63,965 nt of DNA, filler included, from Lama guanicoe (GCA_013239625.1; 190 parts of 190 records of this genome joined end to end with filler, not necessarily neighbours in it), one strand, 5' to 3'. Positions 1 to 11,914 are shown, numbered from the whole stretch's first letter. A program made the numbers and translations. Notes: a model not told the origin generated them from the sequence alone.

Positions 1-237
1 TACAGCTGAACAAAAAGACAACCTAATTTTTGAAATGGGCAAAGGATTTCAGTAGACTTTCTCCACAAAAGACATACAGGAGGCTGATAAACACATGAAG
101 AGATGCTCAGCATCCCTAGTCAGTTTAGGCAAATGCAACTGAAAACCACGAGATACCACTTCACATCTAGCATGATAGCTATAATCAGTAAGACATGTTG
201 GAGAGGATAAGGAAAAATTGAAAACCTTATATGTACT
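1..237 (+). mobile_element. LINE-1 ORF2 3' region fragment
   Basis: aatgggcaaaggat...agacatacag...aaacacatgaagagatgctcagcatc...aaaaccacgagataccacttcaca matches the mammalian L1 ORF2 C-terminal region. Confidence 0.9.
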
Positions 238-823
238 NNNNNNNNNNNNNNNNNNNNNNNNNNNNNNNNNNNNNNNNNNNNTTAATTAATTAANNNNNNN
301 NNNNNNNNNNNNNNNNNNNNNNNNNNNNNNNNNNNNNATTTTCTTATAATTCTCAGAGAAGGAAGTCATATGAACTTTAATTCATGGTAACAGAGTTGGC
401 TGGAAAAATGCCAGTTTGACCTCGGAGCTTTCCTTCCCACCGATCAAAATGTGAGTCTGTTTTTGATAAAACTGTGGTTCTGTCTCCAGCTTGAAAATTC
501 AAGTCCCCGGGCTGTTGTCCTTCAGAAGAATACAGTGCTGTCACTTCTGTAGGCTGGTTTCAATTGCCTAAAATNNNNNNNNNNNNNNNNNNNNNNNNNN
601 NNNNNNNNNNNNNNNNNNTTAATTAATTAANNNNNNNNNNNNNNNNNNNNNNNNNNNNNNNNNNNNNNNNNNNNGGGGGGTCTCCCTCAGCAGCTTTCAC
701 CCTGCTGGCCACCTGGCCCCACCCTCTGCCATCTAGACCCAGGGGGCTGGTGCCTCACCCAGCCCCTCTGCCCGTGGGGGGCTTCTCTGATGCTAGGCTG
801 GAACCCAGCTCAACTCTCTGCAG

Positions 824-853
824 ACTTTGACCATCTGGTGTCTATAGAGGAAA
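824..853 (+). CDS. Candidate 30-bp internal micro-exon, (D)FDHLVSIEE; gene unidentified
   Basis: ctctctgcag| acceptor, |gtgagg donor, length a multiple of 3, open phase 1-1 frame; no homology recognised. Confidence 0.3.
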
Positions 854-1685
854 GTGAGGGTGTAGAGGAGGAAGGAGACTGATTTGGGTGGGGTCCGCTG
901 AAGCTCTGCCCNNNNNNNNNNNNNNNNNNNNNNNNNNNNNNNNNNNNNNNNNNNNTTAATTAATTAANNNNNNNNNNNNNNNNNNNNNNNNNNNNNNNNN
1001 NNNNNNNNNNNGCATTCCTTCCATTTCCATTTCAGCCCAATCTAGCCTCTTGGGTCACCCAATGGGGAGAAAAGTACATAGACAACAGGAGCCAGGGTTT
1101 CTAGGATATAGATTTGGGATCCAATATCCAGGAATGAGTGTCTGTGGCAGAACAGAACACTATACCTCTTATGACAATCAGAACAGATGGGTAATGTGAG
1201 CAAAAAAAAAAAAACTATCATGATAAGATTAAAATCTAATCAGAAGATNNNNNNNNNNNNNNNNNNNNNNNNNNNNNNNNNNNNNNNNNNNNTTAATTAA
1301 TTAANNNNNNNNNNNNNNNNNNNNNNNNNNNNNNNNNNNNNNNNNNNNTTTCTACTGGCTTTTTAAAATAGGTTTTCGGTGATGTGACACTATAAAATGA
1401 AGCCCTATTACCATAAAGTGAACTTTTCTCCGGCGTTTCTATTTTTGCCTTATTTTCACTAGTCAGGTTTATCTGTAAGATTTTTCTACCATGCTATAAG
1501 ATGTAGGTTGCTTTGTATAAAATGTAGCTTCATGAAGGGTACACAAATAGAATTTTGTAAGTATTCGATCATTGCAAAAGCACGCNNNNNNNNNNNNNNN
1601 NNNNNNNNNNNNNNNNNNNNNNNNNNNNNTTAATTAATTAANNNNNNNNNNNNNNNNNNNNNNNNNNNNNNNNNNNNNNNNNNNN

Positions 1686-1860
1686 CGCACATCATCGCCC
1701 GTCTCGTTCAACAGCGGGTCCACGGAGAGGAGCCGCGGGTCAGAAGCCCTGAGTAACCGGAACTAACCCGCGCGGGTGAGAGCCAGCGCTCCGCCGCCCA
1801 GACACCGGGCGCCAGCGAGTGAGCCACGCAGGCCTCCAGTTTCCTCGCGAGAACGCCCTA
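1686..1860 (-). promoter_or_regulatory. CpG-island promoter / 5'UTR fragment
   Basis: CpG-rich. CCTCGCGAGA at 1843-1852 is 9/10 to the TCTCGCGAGA (BANP) promoter motif; ETS-like CCGGAAC at 1757. The minus strand ends in ATGATGTGCG (1695-1686). Confidence 0.55.
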
Positions 1861-2739
1861 GGTGAGAATTCTTACCCACGTGGGTTTAGATGCACACTCA
1901 TCACAACCCCCAAGGTCACACANNNNNNNNNNNNNNNNNNNNNNNNNNNNNNNNNNNNNNNNNNNNTTAATTAATTAANNNNNNNNNNNNNNNNNNNNNN
2001 NNNNNNNNNNNNNNNNNNNNNNAGATTTGTGACTTAGCTTGTTAGCCCAGCTGGGCTTTTCCTTCACAGTTATGGTTTTTAAGCTGTGTTTAAAAAATTT
2101 TTTAATTTCTCTTTTAGCAGGATGCTGAAATTAAATAAATATGTAAACAAACTTATCACACTTAAATGCTTTTATACATTTTAAGCTGTTTAGTAGTTAG
2201 TTAAAAACCTAATTGAATAATAAATTGATAACATTTTTAAATTATTTTTTAATTTTTTTNNNNNNNNNNNNNNNNNNNNNNNNNNNNNNNNNNNNNNNNN
2301 NNNTTAATTAATTAANNNNNNNNNNNNNNNNNNNNNNNNNNNNNNNNNNNNNNNNNNNNCATCTCCTATGAAAAGATATTAATTTTATAATAAAGAGCAT
2401 TAAATATTATGTGAAAAAGAGAAAATTCCACTGGCTTACTAATGTTAAATGAAAAATAAATTCCCACTAAGATGAATACCAAGTTCCCTAGACTCTCCAT
2501 GAAGCTTATGGTCTGCCTTTATTAAATGAAAATGCTGGGTTCTAGTCGGGGACTGTTTGGGCGCCAGCCTCACCTTGGGTAAAAGACTCAGGCATCNNNN
2601 NNNNNNNNNNNNNNNNNNNNNNNNNNNNNNNNNNNNNNNNTTAATTAATTAANNNNNNNNNNNNNNNNNNNNNNNNNNNNNNNNNNNNNNNNNNNNAGCT
2701 TTTGGTGGTGATATATGAACTGGGTGCTAAATAATAGCT

Positions 2740-2870
2740 CGTTAAGGGGAGAAGAGGAGGAAAGGTATGCCAAGCAGAGAGAAGACGTGCAAAGGTCCTG
2801 AGGTAGGCAACCACTTAGCATGTTAAACCAATGGCAAGGAGCCATCCTGTGGCTGGAGCAGAGGGCACTG
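2740..2870 (-). mobile_element. LINE-2 fragment
   Basis: gtgcaaaggtcctgaggtagg...gcaaggagcc..tgtggctggagcagag resembles antisense L2 consensus. Confidence 0.6.
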
Positions 2871-4381
2871 GATGCGGGGAGAGTAGAAGAGGAAGCTGCA
2901 ACATCGTGGGCTCAATAGTAGGTTCTGAAGACANNNNNNNNNNNNNNNNNNNNNNNNNNNNNNNNNNNNNNNNNNNNTTAATTAATTAANNNNNNNNNNN
3001 NNNNNNNNNNNNNNNNNNNNNNNNNNNNNNNNNTTTTTTTAAAAAAGCCTTGATTGGCTTCTGAAATAGGGATGAATGTTGGCAGATGTGTCTGAACATG
3101 TTGGGGATATACATGGTGACACAGAGCATCCAAGAGAAAAATAGAGCATTTCTTATGGTCTTCACATTTTTAATACGATTTTACCTTTTTTCCTGGTTCC
3201 TTCCAATTCTCTTGTTAAAGATCAAAACTTTTGTCCTGGAATTTGTAAATATTAGCCCCTGGGCAGGATCNNNNNNNNNNNNNNNNNNNNNNNNNNNNNN
3301 NNNNNNNNNNNNNNTTAATTAATTAANNNNNNNNNNNNNNNNNNNNNNNNNNNNNNNNNNNNNNNNNNNNCTGGCTTCCAGGGCTCTAGCCCCACCCCAC
3401 TTCCCTCAGGCTTGAACTTCAGTGCTCCAAGTCCGCTGCGTGCAAGGAAAGGGTTCTGCTGCTGAGAGGCTAAAGTTTGAAGACCTCTGCCCTGATCAGT
3501 CTCTCCGGAGCCCAAAAGCTGGCCTAGGCCCTTCCCAGGTTGCATGCTGGGATCCCTGCTTCCCCAGTACAAGGCCTGAGGAGGCTTCTCCTTTCTCTCC
3601 CTGGCCCNNNNNNNNNNNNNNNNNNNNNNNNNNNNNNNNNNNNNNNNNNNNTTAATTAATTAANNNNNNNNNNNNNNNNNNNNNNNNNNNNNNNNNNNNN
3701 NNNNNNNCGTCCAATACTTGCCAGGTGAAGAAACAGGCTCCGGGGACTAGGCCACAGCCCCAAGTCACAAACCCAGTGCGTGCCAGCGCTGGGATTGTTC
3801 TGGAATCAAAGCATGCTGGAGGGCACATAGCACTGCTACCAGTGCCCTGGTCAGCTGTCAGGGTCTGAGGTCGGGGGGCTTGGGGAACCGGGTGAGGGGG
3901 CAGGCTCAATGGCTCTGTCCTCCACTCCGGCAAGAGCAGCCTCCNNNNNNNNNNNNNNNNNNNNNNNNNNNNNNNNNNNNNNNNNNNNTTAATTAATTAA
4001 NNNNNNNNNNNNNNNNNNNNNNNNNNNNNNNNNNNNNNNNNNNNTGTGCCCCTGGGCTGTGACCTTCACAAATGCGTCTCTGTTTTGTTTTGCTCTGTTT
4101 TCACTTTTTTAGGTGGGACCACCGTATGGCTAGAGTCAATGGAGTCACTCCCTTCTGCCAAGTCGGTTAGACTCTGATGAAACGTCTTTAGGTTCGATTC
4201 AAGCAAACAGTTCTCTCGAGGGCAGACCTTGCTAAGAACAGAAAGTTCTGGCAGATGTCAGGATGGCTACTTGGCCTTTTCNNNNNNNNNNNNNNNNNNN
4301 NNNNNNNNNNNNNNNNNNNNNNNNNTTAATTAATTAANNNNNNNNNNNNNNNNNNNNNNNNNNNNNNNNNNNNNNNNNNNN

Positions 4382-4618
4382 TTTTTTTTTTCCAGATATA
4401 TACCTAGAAGTGGAATTGCTGGGTCATATGGTAGTTCTAGTCTTAGTTTTTTGAGAAACTTTCATACTGTTTTCCACAGTGGCTACACCATTTTACATTC
4501 CCACCAACAGGGTTTTCTTTTCTCCACATCCTCGCCATCATTTGTTATTTGTATTCTTTTCAATGGTAGCCATTCTGACAGGCGTGAGGTGATATCTCAT
4601 TGTGGTTTTGATTTGCAT
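4382..4618 (-). mobile_element. LINE-1 ORF2 3' fragment
   Basis: agtggaattgctgggtcatatggtagttcta...ttacattcccaccaacag...gtgaggtgatatctcattgtggttttgatttgcat. Confidence 0.95.
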
Positions 4619-5729
4619 NNNNNNNNNNNNNNNNNNNNNNNNNNNNNNNNNNNNNNNNNNNNTTAATTAATTAANNNNNNNNNNNNNNNNNNNNNNNNNN
4701 NNNNNNNNNNNNNNNNNNGGCTCTCTCTAATATAAGTCCTGCAGGGCACACAGTGTCATTTTTAAAATATGTGGACCAGAGCATGTACTCTATGTCAATC
4801 TACTAATGACTGTATAACAGCTAACCGCCATACTTACAATAACAGCCTAGACCTTGGGTGCCTACGATGACCGCATGGCTCACCTTCCTCCGCCTCCCAT
4901 CTCAGATCTTGCTCCCATGTGCTGAACACATTGGTCTTGGTGGCTTTCATTCAGTNNNNNNNNNNNNNNNNNNNNNNNNNNNNNNNNNNNNNNNNNNNNT
5001 TAATTAATTAANNNNNNNNNNNNNNNNNNNNNNNNNNNNNNNNNNNNNNNNNNNNATTGGGAACAAGTTACTCTTAAGAACTTTGCAGCAATTCACTAAC
5101 TTTTGCCTATTTAATAAGTAAGTATGAAATTGCAGAAATTAAATCCACGTAAGTAACTGGAGGAGAACTGTATGCTAGAATTTCCATCATTCAGAGTAAT
5201 TTTGCTTTGATCATAACCAAAACCGAGTCTCTGGTATATTCAATGAAAAGTAAACAACAGTTTTTTTTTTCTTTTTTTGGTATTTTTTTTATNNNNNNNN
5301 NNNNNNNNNNNNNNNNNNNNNNNNNNNNNNNNNNNNTTAATTAATTAANNNNNNNNNNNNNNNNNNNNNNNNNNNNNNNNNNNNNNNNNNNNTTTTTCCC
5401 CCTCTCTTGATGATTTTTCTCTCTGCTGTTTTGTCAACACACTATTTCAGTTTCAATCTGAATTTTGGGTGCAGGTCACATCCTGAAATCTTCCTTTTGA
5501 CTCAGTCCTTAAATCCCCCTTGGAATGTTATGAATGCTATTTAAGATGATTATCCCTGATCTAAAAAACCATAGCATATAAGGTTTTTATGATCCATTTA
5601 GGTACAGATATACCCAGGTCTTTTAAAAANNNNNNNNNNNNNNNNNNNNNNNNNNNNNNNNNNNNNNNNNNNNTTAATTAATTAANNNNNNNNNNNNNNN
5701 NNNNNNNNNNNNNNNNNNNNNNNNNNNNN

Positions 5730-5966
5730 CCATTTTTGAGATTATTTTTTAATATGGTGTTAGAGAACGTTCTGATTTCATTCTTTCACATGTAGCTTTC
5801 TAGTTTTCCAGCACCACTGAAGAGGCTCTTTTCTCCTTTGTATATCTTGCCTCCTTTGTCATAGAATAGTTGGCCTTAAATGTATGGGTTTACTTCTGGG
5901 CTCTCTGTTCTGTTCCATTAATCTGTATGTCTGCTTTTGTGTTGGTACCATACTGTTTCAATTACT
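5730..5966 (-). mobile_element. LINE-1 ORF2 fragment
   Basis: tttccagcaccact...ttgcctcctttgtcatag...tctgggctctctgttctgttccatt...gtaccatactgttt. Confidence 0.9.
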
Positions 5967-6067
5967 NNNNNNNNNNNNNNNNNNNNNNNNNNNNNNNNNN
6001 NNNNNNNNNNTTAATTAATTAANNNNNNNNNNNNNNNNNNNNNNNNNNNNNNNNNNNNNNNNNNNNC

Positions 6068-6301
6068 CTCTGCAAGAAGATGGCCCAAGACGCAGGCGAG
6101 GAACTGGAGAGAACCACCTCCTACCACCTCAAGGAGATCCACTTCCAAGAGAAAAGAGCTGGGGAAGGCTGGCTGGCGGCGGTGGCCACCAAGAGAAAGC
6201 TCCAGGAGCTGCGACAGGAGACTGACCGCACCCGGCAGATGCTGGCCCAGGTCGAGTCCAACGTCCAGCCTCCCCCCAGGGGCCCTGGTGCTCCTGCTGC
6301 T
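6068..6301 (+). CDS. cTAGE5/MIA2-family (CTAGE-like) coiled-coil fragment, intronless retrocopy; partial at both ends
   Basis: LCKKMAQDAGEELERTTSYHLKEIHFQEKRAGEGWLAAVATKRKLQELRQETDRTRQML aligns without gaps to cTAGE5 YRKRAKDLEEELERTIHSYQGQIISHEKKAHDNWLAARNAERNLNDLRKENAHNRQKL; frame open across the whole contig. Confidence 0.8.
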
Positions 6302-7414
6302 CCNNNNNNNNNNNNNNNNNNNNNNNNNNNNNNNNNNNNNNNNNNNNTTAATTAATTAANNNNNNNNNNNNNNNNNNNNNNNNNNNNNNNNNNNNNNNNN
6401 NNNAGCTATCTGCCTGCTCTAACATAGCCACCGTGCCCTGCTTTCTAGGCTCAGTCTTACCAGCTCTGCAACTTTTGTGAAACAATGTTTCCTTTAGCCT
6501 GAAAAAGACAGGAGAGACTATTCTCCAGGCTCTGATCTTTGAGGATGTTAGCACTTCTGCACTTATGTGGAGATGGCAAGATGCAAAATAGAGAATAACC
6601 TTTATTTTGTTGGAAGTTACAGGGACACCATGACCTGGCCNNNNNNNNNNNNNNNNNNNNNNNNNNNNNNNNNNNNNNNNNNNNTTAATTAATTAANNNN
6701 NNNNNNNNNNNNNNNNNNNNNNNNNNNNNNNNNNNNNNNNAAGCCAAACCTGAGAGATACAGTCATGGCTCAAAACAAAACAAAACAAACATCCATATAT
6801 TGGTAATATCTCCAACTTGTTCTGGTGTAAATAGTAACAATTGGGGAAACTCTGATGCTAGAGATCTTTAATGTCCACACAAAAGGAGCTGTTGGGAGTG
6901 AGAGCCATGCTGAGTTACCGAGAAAGATTTTTTTAGAACTCAGGCATTTGGTCACCCCGGATGCCGCATCTCCCCAGNNNNNNNNNNNNNNNNNNNNNNN
7001 NNNNNNNNNNNNNNNNNNNNNTTAATTAATTAANNNNNNNNNNNNNNNNNNNNNNNNNNNNNNNNNNNNNNNNNNNNACAAAGGCATTTCCCTTGTCCCC
7101 CAGCTCACCACGCCCCTCAAGAAAAACAAGATTCTGATCTTTGCTGTGAAATGAATCTTTCTTTTTCCCTAATGTGTAGTAGACAACTCTTATCCTGATC
7201 TCACAGTCAGATTTTTCCACAGGAGTAAAAGTAGCTCATGTGCAAATAATACTATTTTTCTCTGTAAAAGAAATAGATCAGATAGAGGAAATACTTAAAT
7301 CACATTACTCAAAANNNNNNNNNNNNNNNNNNNNNNNNNNNNNNNNNNNNNNNNNNNNTTAATTAATTAANNNNNNNNNNNNNNNNNNNNNNNNNNNNNN
7401 NNNNNNNNNNNNNN

Positions 7415-7651
7415 ATGATCCAATCAAGGTATCAGCCTCCAGGAAACCTCATGTAGATTAATACACCCAGAATGTCTGCCAACAGCTTACATGAACCCTA
7501 AGTGAGCTGTAGCCATCCCCTCGTCCCCAGGAGACCCTTCAAATCCAGCAGGCAGGTCTGGCCTGGGTTCCTATTAAATCACTGCCTCTGCCCTTGGACC
7601 TAGTGCAAGTGAGTTTCTGTGTACACTTTTCAAGAGAATGGAGCCTCAGTT
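7415..7651 (-). mobile_element. LINE-1 5' UTR region fragment
   Basis: ccccaggagacccttcaaatccagcaggcaggtctggcctgggttccta...tcactgc resembles antisense 5' region of laurasiatherian L1. Confidence 0.6.
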
Positions 7652-7751
7652 NNNNNNNNNNNNNNNNNNNNNNNNNNNNNNNNNNNNNNNNNNNNTTAAT
7701 TAATTAANNNNNNNNNNNNNNNNNNNNNNNNNNNNNNNNNNNNNNNNNNNN

Positions 7752-8662
7752 AAACACTCAGGCAAACACACAGGCCTATCACCTCTGCTCCCAAATAGAA
7801 TTGATGTCACAGATGGAAAAACTGTTCAGAGATTTCAACCCCATTCCACTGATTGCCTTACCTGTAATACAAATCCTCTGCCAGTGGCTGCAGCCTAGGC
7901 TTGGTTCTGGAAAAGCAAGAAGCACTTTGCCCTGGGAAAGGCTGATGAGGCTCTGGACTAACCAGGACCACTCGTTCATCACTCCTCANNNNNNNNNNNN
8001 NNNNNNNNNNNNNNNNNNNNNNNNNNNNNNNNTTAATTAATTAANNNNNNNNNNNNNNNNNNNNNNNNNNNNNNNNNNNNNNNNNNNNTTCTGATACGCC
8101 ACAGGGTGACGTGACTGCAAGCACCCACTCTCCCACTAAACTACGCTCTCCCCCCAAGACTGATGAGGTGTTGCAGGCAGTTTCTCAGAGCAACCAGTAT
8201 TAAAGGTTAGGAAAAGTATCTGAGTTATACTTTGAATCTCCAGAACATGTTGGGCCCACAAAATGACCATTGACAGCTTAGGCCCATGAACTCTCAAAGG
8301 CTCACATATTTTTATGAAAGACAGCNNNNNNNNNNNNNNNNNNNNNNNNNNNNNNNNNNNNNNNNNNNNTTAATTAATTAANNNNNNNNNNNNNNNNNNN
8401 NNNNNNNNNNNNNNNNNNNNNNNNNTGAGGAGTGATGAACGAGTGGTCCTGGTTAGTCCAGAGCCTCATCAGCCCTTCCCAGGGCAAACTGCTTCTTGCT
8501 TGTCCGGAACCAAGCCTAGGCTGCAGCCACTGGCAGAAGATTTTTATTACAGGTAAGGCAATCAGTGGAATGGGGTTGAAATCTCCAAACAGTTTTTCCA
8601 TCTGTGACATCAGTTCTATTTGGGAGCAGAGGTGATAGGCCTGTGTGTTTGCCTGAGTGTTT
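7752..8662. repeat. Near-identical contig pair in opposite orientation (7752-7988 vs 8426-8662); assembly bubble arms
   Basis: 9 substitutions in 237 bp, with exactly 49 identical bases at each end. Confidence 0.95.
7862..7906 (-). CDS. Candidate 45-bp internal exon (frame TKPRLQPLAEDLYY or EPSLGCSHWQRICIT); gene unidentified
   Basis: Minus strand cttcttgcttttccag|...tacag|gtaagg: strong acceptor and donor, length a multiple of 3. Confidence 0.45.
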
Positions 8663-9540
8663 NNNNNNNNNNNNNNNNNNNNNNNNNNNNNNNNNNNNNN
8701 NNNNNNTTAATTAATTAANNNNNNNNNNNNNNNNNNNNNNNNNNNNNNNNNNNNNNNNNNNNTAAGAAGGGAGAGAAGAAATGGGGTGATACTGTCTATG
8801 GCTGGAAAGACAAACTCTAAGCGGCCAGGAATTCTCACCAGTAACAACAGGCAGAGGTACCAGACTAGCTCAGAGTCTACGTGGTCGAACCATGTGAAAT
8901 GGCTATTTTGGTGGCTCATAGCTGAGTAAGTTACATCAAGCCATGTGATTAAATGAAGGCAGAACAGCATATTATTTATTGAAGGAACAAAGAGTCTTAN
9001 NNNNNNNNNNNNNNNNNNNNNNNNNNNNNNNNNNNNNNNNNNNTTAATTAATTAANNNNNNNNNNNNNNNNNNNNNNNNNNNNNNNNNNNNNNNNNNNNT
9101 TCCCACGCCAGGCAAGATAAGAAGTTTTGACTTTAGGACTATGGAGACCTACCGGCAATTGGAGCTTGATCATTTTTATTATTTTAAGTTGACAGCATCC
9201 ACCATGACTTGTCTGAGTTCCCGGCAAGGCAACAGGAACTAGTAATAAGAGAAAGAGAAGGAAATGAGAAATCAGAAAAATAGAGGAGTGCTGTTTCTTC
9301 TCAAATAGGATTTGTCTGTAATCCTTAAGGTTCAGANNNNNNNNNNNNNNNNNNNNNNNNNNNNNNNNNNNNNNNNNNNNTTAATTAATTAANNNNNNNN
9401 NNNNNNNNNNNNNNNNNNNNNNNNNNNNNNNNNNNNAAGGTATTATTAATATGCAAAGATACTTGTATTAAAAGATATTAAAAAACAGCATATAAAATGT
9501 GATCCCAGTTTTGTAGGAAAAGTATGTTTATAAATATAAA

Positions 9541-9543
9541 TAC

Positions 9544-9578
<35 letters not shown>
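9541..9578. repeat. (TA)n(CA)n microsatellite
   Basis: tacatatatatatatatatatatatatacacacacaca. Confidence 0.9.
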
Positions 9579-9935
9579 TGTAGTGAAGATAGTTTAAGAA
9601 GGGTATGCTCTAAGGTTGCTGGGTTTTTTTTTGTATTTGTAATGTTATCTTTTCTTCATGAAAAACAATTACTNNNNNNNNNNNNNNNNNNNNNNNNNNN
9701 NNNNNNNNNNNNNNNNNTTAATTAATTAANNNNNNNNNNNNNNNNNNNNNNNNNNNNNNNNNNNNNNNNNNNNCAGCTTTTATTTTTTAAGGAGGGAACT
9801 ATGGCAGCTATGAAATGTCATAAACAACCTATAGAAATGATTTCCGGCATATGCTTGGGTAATAACCCTTATTCTAGTAAAATAAAATAAAAACTCTGGT
9901 CCTTGGTTGAGAATTCTCTGAAAGGTAACCCTCAC

Positions 9936-9986
9936 CTTTGTTCCTTTTCTTCCTGGACGTCCATATCCATCTGGGCCAGAAAGACC
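9936..9986 (-). CDS. Collagen VI triple-helix 51-bp exon GLSGPDGYGRPGRKGTK (alpha3-6 group, most like COL6A4)
   Basis: Minus strand tattttcttag|GGT...AAG|gtgagg. Phase-0 Gly-X-Y exon with a G-X-G imperfection at the same place as COL6A3 GDDGRDGVGSEGRRGKK. Confidence 0.8.
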
Positions 9987-11243
9987 CTAAGAAAATAATA
10001 CACAATGAATNNNNNNNNNNNNNNNNNNNNNNNNNNNNNNNNNNNNNNNNNNNNTTAATTAATTAANNNNNNNNNNNNNNNNNNNNNNNNNNNNNNNNNN
10101 NNNNNNNNNNTGTGGTAAGTTTGGGCTCTCAGTTTCTGAGGGTCCCGCCTGAGACCCCCTCAGGCGCAGAGCCCTGGGCTCCCGTTGGCATGCCCTCACA
10201 CTGCCACCCCTGGAGCCTGGCTCCTGGACTTCCTGTGCCCTGACCCAGCCGCGTTCCCTCTGCTTCTGGCTGAGCCTGGTCCTCGGTGTTGCTCCTTCTC
10301 TAGTGGACACTGGGGCAACTGACCAAGCCCCGTCCCCTGGAGCATGGNNNNNNNNNNNNNNNNNNNNNNNNNNNNNNNNNNNNNNNNNNNNTTAATTAAT
10401 TAANNNNNNNNNNNNNNNNNNNNNNNNNNNNNNNNNNNNNNNNNNNNTGGTTCCAGTGATGCTTCAAGCAACCCCAGTTATCAAGGCAGAGTAGGGGGCT
10501 CTTGGGCCCCTGATCAGACAGAGTGATACCGTTAACAGTAACCCCGCAGCAGTTAAGGACTCTGGCTCTGGCAGTGGTAACACCAAGTGTAGGTCTCTTC
10601 TAGTTCCCAAGCACCAACGGAAGTAAAGATTTTGGTCTTCCTGCAAGGCAATGTCACTGGTGGGTCCAGCAGCCATGACCTCTGNNNNNNNNNNNNNNNN
10701 NNNNNNNNNNNNNNNNNNNNNNNNNNNNTTAATTAATTAANNNNNNNNNNNNNNNNNNNNNNNNNNNNNNNNNNNNNNNNNNNNAGGCAGGAGGAAGAGA
10801 GGGCTTCAGGCGACCAAGGGGGCAGCTGTGGCTCCTAACATCCGGGGCCCGGACGCCGGCCTGGGGCTGCCAGCAGCGGCTGGAAGAGAAAGCAGAAGAG
10901 AGGGCTGTCAGCCCCACGGGGAGGCTGGGACTCGAGCATGCTGGGGGCAGTGCCCACCCCGAGCTTGGGGCCTTGAAACAGGCCCTGGCTTTGCTCTCAA
11001 GCACCTGCTCTATGCACCTGTNNNNNNNNNNNNNNNNNNNNNNNNNNNNNNNNNNNNNNNNNNNNTTAATTAATTAANNNNNNNNNNNNNNNNNNNNNNN
11101 NNNNNNNNNNNNNNNNNNNNNTTGAAACTGAACAGAAAATTAGGGCATGTGGAAGAGTGGAACAGAGGCTGCTAGGTTTTAACAGAAGCTATTTATTTAA
11201 AATTTTTTTTCAGTAGCTAAGATGTTAAGCTTAAGATGTCAAT

Positions 11244-11358
11244 ATATGGATGGAAACTAGACTTTTGGTGAGCATGCAGTAGTGCATACAAAAAGTCTAA
11301 TTATAATGTTGTACACATGAAACTTACATAATGTTGCAAACCAAAGTTGCTCCATTAA
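11244..11358 (+). mobile_element. LINE-1 3' end
   Basis: gatggaaactagacttttggtgagcatgcagtagtg...tgttgtacacatgaaacttacataatgtt. Confidence 0.75.
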
Positions 11359-11795
11359 NNNNNNNNNNNNNNNNNNNNNNNNNNNNNNNNNNNNNNNNNN
11401 NNTTAATTAATTAANNNNNNNNNNNNNNNNNNNNNNNNNNNNNNNNNNNNNNNNNNNNTCCTAGGAGGGCGGGGAGCAGGGAGTAGGTGGTTAATGAAGA
11501 CAGAGTAATCAGAATTTTCTAACAAGCTGGATTTGCTCTGTGTGTGTGTGAGTAAGAGAAAGAGAGAGAAAGAACATAGTTCCAACATCTGGACCTGGAC
11601 AATGGGAGGGATGTCCTCTCCACCTACAGGGGATGGGACAAGATGAGGCTGAGCAGGTGGAAAGGGTCTGGAATCAGCTCAGTTCTTCAATGTCANNNNN
11701 NNNNNNNNNNNNNNNNNNNNNNNNNNNNNNNNNNNNNNNTTAATTAATTAANNNNNNNNNNNNNNNNNNNNNNNNNNNNNNNNNNNNNNNNNNNN

Positions 11796-11909
11796 CTTTG
11801 GAATGCAGTGTACACTTCACACTCACAGCATTTCTCTGTTTGGACGGATCACGTTTCAAGTGCTCCACAGGTCTGCGAGGTTAGTGGCTACCTTAGTGGA
11901 TGGGACACT
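11796..11909 (+). mobile_element. hAT-Charlie MITE (MER3/MER33-like) end
   Basis: tttcaagtgctc...tagtggctacc...tggatgggacac resembles the MER3/33 terminus. Confidence 0.55.
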
Positions 11910-11914
11910 TCTGG

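Noticed and set aside
2546..2567. Minus-strand TGGCGCCCAAACAG resembling a tRNA-Lys primer-binding site
   Set aside because: The match breaks after 14 nt and no LTR-terminal CA or LTR context precedes it
4081..4180. Strong polypyrimidine/AG acceptor at 4111-4112
   Set aside because: No clear donor or recognisable peptide downstream
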